This document shows positions 42,498-45,171 of a DNA stretch of 45,171 nt, one piece after another. The translations under genes and the position numbers were made by a program. The notes below the pieces were generated by a model. That model made no database searches. It had not been told where the DNA came from and was given only the letters and a program-made list of their open reading frames with translations. Each line of letters begins with the position of its first letter. The first letter of the stretch is position 1. The stretch comes from Escherichia phage TR2. The stretch lies in sequence record OP251154.1; one strand, 5' to 3'.

Positions 42498-44069
42498 TTA
42501 TTTAATTCCTGCTAATCGCATCATTCTCGCTTTAGGGTCTTCTGCGATGTTCAGTACCAGGTTGACAGCCATCGTCAAACAGTCTATCTGGTCATCGTGC
42601 GAGTGAGAATCATCTGCCGTAAATGCTGCAATCTCTGTTAGCAATCCGTTAAGCCAATTTGCTGACTCCGGCAGGATAACGTTGCCAGCCTTAATCTGAG
42701 GAAGTGCACTCATTACGCGAGTCAGCTTGTCGTTATCTGGCACGTATGGCTCGATAGGCGTTCGCATAACCCTTCCTGCTGATTGAATCAGACCTATACC
42801 AGATGCTTTCTTCTCGATGATGATTTTACGAAGGATACCATCTGTCTGATTGGATGCCCTTGCCATCCTCTCGAAGTCTAATAGCTCTGCCTCTAGCTCT
42901 GGCGCCTCCCATTTACCACGTCGCTGGTCTAACAGGTAAATCTTGCCATCCTTATAGCCCCAGAGTTGCAGTACACTAAAGTCACTGTAGCTTTTAGTGG
43001 TCATCGCGGTATCAAGCGTCATGAACCTGTAATCGTACTTAGCTGGCGGTCGCAGGGTGTCACTAATGCGCTGGAGCCAGTCTACGTTAATCAGGTTGCC
43101 ACCTAGAGCTACAGGCTCCTGAGCATATTGACTAAGGAATGTGTAAGGATCAGCATCACGCATGGCTATCAAGTCTTCTATTGATTCCTTTGCTGGGAAG
43201 TAGCTGTAATACTTAACCCCATCGCGCTCTACAAATGGCGAAGAAAGAACGTCATCTATAAACTGCTGCCTAATCCATTCAGGAAGCGTGTCGGCGTATT
43301 CTTCCGTGACTATTGCTGGAATTTTAACTACGTCGAATTTTATCCCCATCTGCCCGGACTCCATGAAGTGACTAGTGTCAAGAACATGAAGCCTTTGCTG
43401 AACGGCTAATATTGGAGTCTCTTTTCCCTTAACTGAACTCGCCCTTCGTGAGCGAATTGTGTTCTTGAGAAGCATATTAACAGCCTCCCTCCTTACATTA
43501 CTAAGCGCATCATCTGGCTTCAGCGGGTCATCAAGCATTATGCATCCACTGTAATCATCGGTCATGTAACCACCACGCGAACCAGTCACCTGTCCAGCCA
43601 TTGCCTTAGATATCGATTCAAACCTCACCTTTCCATCTTCATCTAGAACCTGAATCTCATCATCCCTGCAAGTCCCAAATGAGCAAGGCCAAAGTTCCTG
43701 AAACTCCTTTGACTTAATCAGGTCGCGCACACGCTTTGAGTTACGCTTAACCAATGAGTCAGAGAACGACAAACTAAGATTTCTAACCTTCTTAATCTTG
43801 ATCATGCTATATACAGGGAAATGTATACTAAAGAGCTCGGTTTTGGCTGATCCAGGAGCTACGTTTATGATGGTATCCTTTCTCTTACCATCAAGAATCT
43901 CATCTATGACACGACAAAGGTATTTAGCATGCCAATTCATTTTGAATCTCTCGCCTTGCGTTATCTGAAAGAAGCACCGCAAGAACCCTTCGAAACTATG
44001 CTCAGAGATTGCCTTTATAGCCATCTTTTCAGCGTGAGTCAGTTCATCCCAGACTATTAATTCACTCAT
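42498..44069 (-). CDS. terminase large subunit
   Basis: N-terminal ATPase Walker-A-like NVAPGSAKT and C-terminal nuclease acidic motifs (DQIDCLTMA); followed by portal. Confidence 0.85.
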   Translation of the reverse strand: MSELIVWDELTHAEKMAIKAISEHSFEGFLRCFFQITQGERFKMNWHAKYLCRVIDEILDGKRKDTIINVAPGSAKTELFSIHFPVYSMIKIKKVRNLSLSFSDSLVKRNSKRVRDLIKSKEFQELWPCSFGTCRDDEIQVLDEDGKVRFESISKAMAGQVTGSRGGYMTDDYSGCIMLDDPLKPDDALSNVRREAVNMLLKNTIRSRRASSVKGKETPILAVQQRLHVLDTSHFMESGQMGIKFDVVKIPAIVTEEYADTLPEWIRQQFIDDVLSSPFVERDGVKYYSYFPAKESIEDLIAMRDADPYTFLSQYAQEPVALGGNLINVDWLQRISDTLRPPAKYDYRFMTLDTAMTTKSYSDFSVLQLWGYKDGKIYLLDQRRGKWEAPELEAELLDFERMARASNQTDGILRKIIIEKKASGIGLIQSAGRVMRTPIEPYVPDNDKLTRVMSALPQIKAGNVILPESANWLNGLLTEIAAFTADDSHSHDDQIDCLTMAVNLVLNIAEDPKARMMRLAGIK

Positions 44070-44071
44070 TG

Positions 44072-44578
44072 TTACGCTCTCGTATTTAGGTAGCCTTTAT
44101 TTTCAGAGCCATGATTTTCATGATATCCGTTCAATTTGTCATACTGCGACCTTGCCAATGCAGCCTCCTCTATAGTGTCCTTGTAGCATATGAAGACTGT
44201 TTTACCAAACTCTCTAGCCTGAACAAGCCATCTATTCTCTCTTTTGCACCAGCTTACACCGTTTATTCCGCTTTTATTTCTTGATGATAGTGATCTGTTA
44301 TTTGAGTTCTCTTTATTGCTTACTAACCTTAAGTTCTCTATTCTATTGTCACTTCTATTTTGGTTTATGTGATCTATGTGCATGCCTTTAGGGATTGCTC
44401 CATTGTGCATCTCCCACACCACCCTGTGACACCTGTATGCTTTTTGTCTATACTTTAGTATCACATAGCCAAATTTATCAACTCTTCCGGCCACCTCTCC
44501 AACCTTTGATACATTTGCTACTTTTACCTTTCTTATTAAAAGCCCGTCTCTATATTCAAAAATATCATGCCAATTCAT
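44072..44578 (-). CDS. HNH homing endonuclease with AP2 domain, between small and large terminase genes
   Basis: IDHINQNRSDNRIENLRLV plus AP2-like NKSGINGVSW. Confidence 0.8.
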   Translation of the reverse strand: MNWHDIFEYRDGLLIRKVKVANVSKVGEVAGRVDKFGYVILKYRQKAYRCHRVVWEMHNGAIPKGMHIDHINQNRSDNRIENLRLVSNKENSNNRSLSSRNKSGINGVSWCKRENRWLVQAREFGKTVFICYKDTIEEAALARSQYDKLNGYHENHGSENKGYLNTRA

Positions 44579-44606
44579 ATGATCACCTCGCTAGTTTGTT
44601 GGGCCC

Positions 44607-44649
44607 ATTATCTCATTGATTGGGCCTCTTCTTTTAACAAAAAGTGCTA
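44607..44649 (-). promoter_or_regulatory. operator/-10 promoter cassette
   Basis: Plus 44635-44649 TAACAaaaagTGCTA, 22-nt spacer with GGGCCCA/TGGGCC inverted repeat, GATAAT (plus 44607-44612). Confidence 0.5.
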
Positions 44650-45171
44650 CAGCTTACTAATCACAGACTCCAGCGCTTCCTTCATCGTGCCAACGTCGTT
44701 AGCTGAAGAGTTATTGCTTATAGTAATCTCCTGCGGCTTATCGATGCCAAGTTCTTTGGAAATCATGCCAGGGTTAACAATGCCAGACGCTGCCAGCTGA
44801 TACTTCTGCTCGCGAATCACGGAATCAATGAATGCAATTACCTCGTCATAACCCTCCGACTTCCTCCATTTCTCTATTGCGCTATGGGTAACACCGCAGT
44901 AAAGGCAGAATCCTGTTAGTGTGAAGACTCGTGGCTTGTGCACCAGATTCTCGGTTACGACACCCTGGAAGCTGGCTGTCTCAATTGCCTTGATTGCCTG
45001 GCTCTCAGCCCATGAGAAGTATTTCACGGCCAGGTCGAATAGCTGCTCTGGGGTCATTATTCGGTTTTTGGACAGAGTTGTAATGTCAGAATACTTTTTG
45101 TTGTACATGGCTTTGAAGTTGCCAGAGCGAATCTTTTCTTGCGCCTGGCTGGTGAAGTTTTCGTCTTTCAT
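44647..45171 (-). CDS. putative terminase small subunit
   Basis: 174-aa ORF directly upstream of HNH and large terminase; start codon sits at the window edge (45169-45171). Confidence 0.5.
   Translation of the reverse strand: MKDENFTSQAQEKIRSGNFKAMYNKKYSDITTLSKNRIMTPEQLFDLAVKYFSWAESQAIKAIETASFQGVVTENLVHKPRVFTLTGFCLYCGVTHSAIEKWRKSEGYDEVIAFIDSVIREQKYQLAASGIVNPGMISKELGIDKPQEITISNNSSANDVGTMKEALESVISKL

Noticed and set aside
1-45171. Integrated prophage with integrase, att sites and a lysogeny module
   Set aside because: No integrase or CI-like repressor gene recognised and no host flanking genes; content and lysis cassette fit a virulent T1-like phage. The Rha-like and HTH proteins alone do not indicate lysogeny.

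Overview
This window reads as most of the genome of a T1-like (Drexlerviridae-type) virulent siphophage; all calls are from reading the sequence and ORF track, with no database searches run. The minus strand carries a packaging and morphogenesis block (small terminase, HNH, large terminase, portal, prohead protease/scaffold, major capsid, head-tail joining, major tail, chaperones, tape measure, lambda-like gpM-L-K-I-J tail tip). Elsewhere are a plus-strand lipoprotein plus candidate receptor-binding cassette, recombination genes (exonuclease, ERF, SSB), replication genes (SF2 helicase, VRR-NUC, primase, P-loop initiator), nucleotide-metabolism genes, a lysis cassette with a unimolecular spanin, one tRNA-Arg(CCU) and four HNH-AP2 homing endonucleases. 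No integrase or repressor module was seen. The main finding is a stereotyped promoter cassette present in at least 19 copies: a palindromic operator TAGCA-N5-TGCTA centred near -42, a 21-23 nt spacer, a -10 hexamer, and in many copies a CAT start with a conserved initial transcribed sequence. Related ATTGCA-N5-TGCAAT palindromes form a three-site array upstream of the first early promoter, and two homologous ~165 bp noncoding modules 18.8 kb apart carry AT-rich microsatellites and phased GCGTAAC iterons. Together these suggest an undescribed phage-wide regulon with a dedicated dimeric regulator and candidate origin or control hubs. Protein family calls rest on motif recognition and synteny and should be confirmed by HMM or BLAST.
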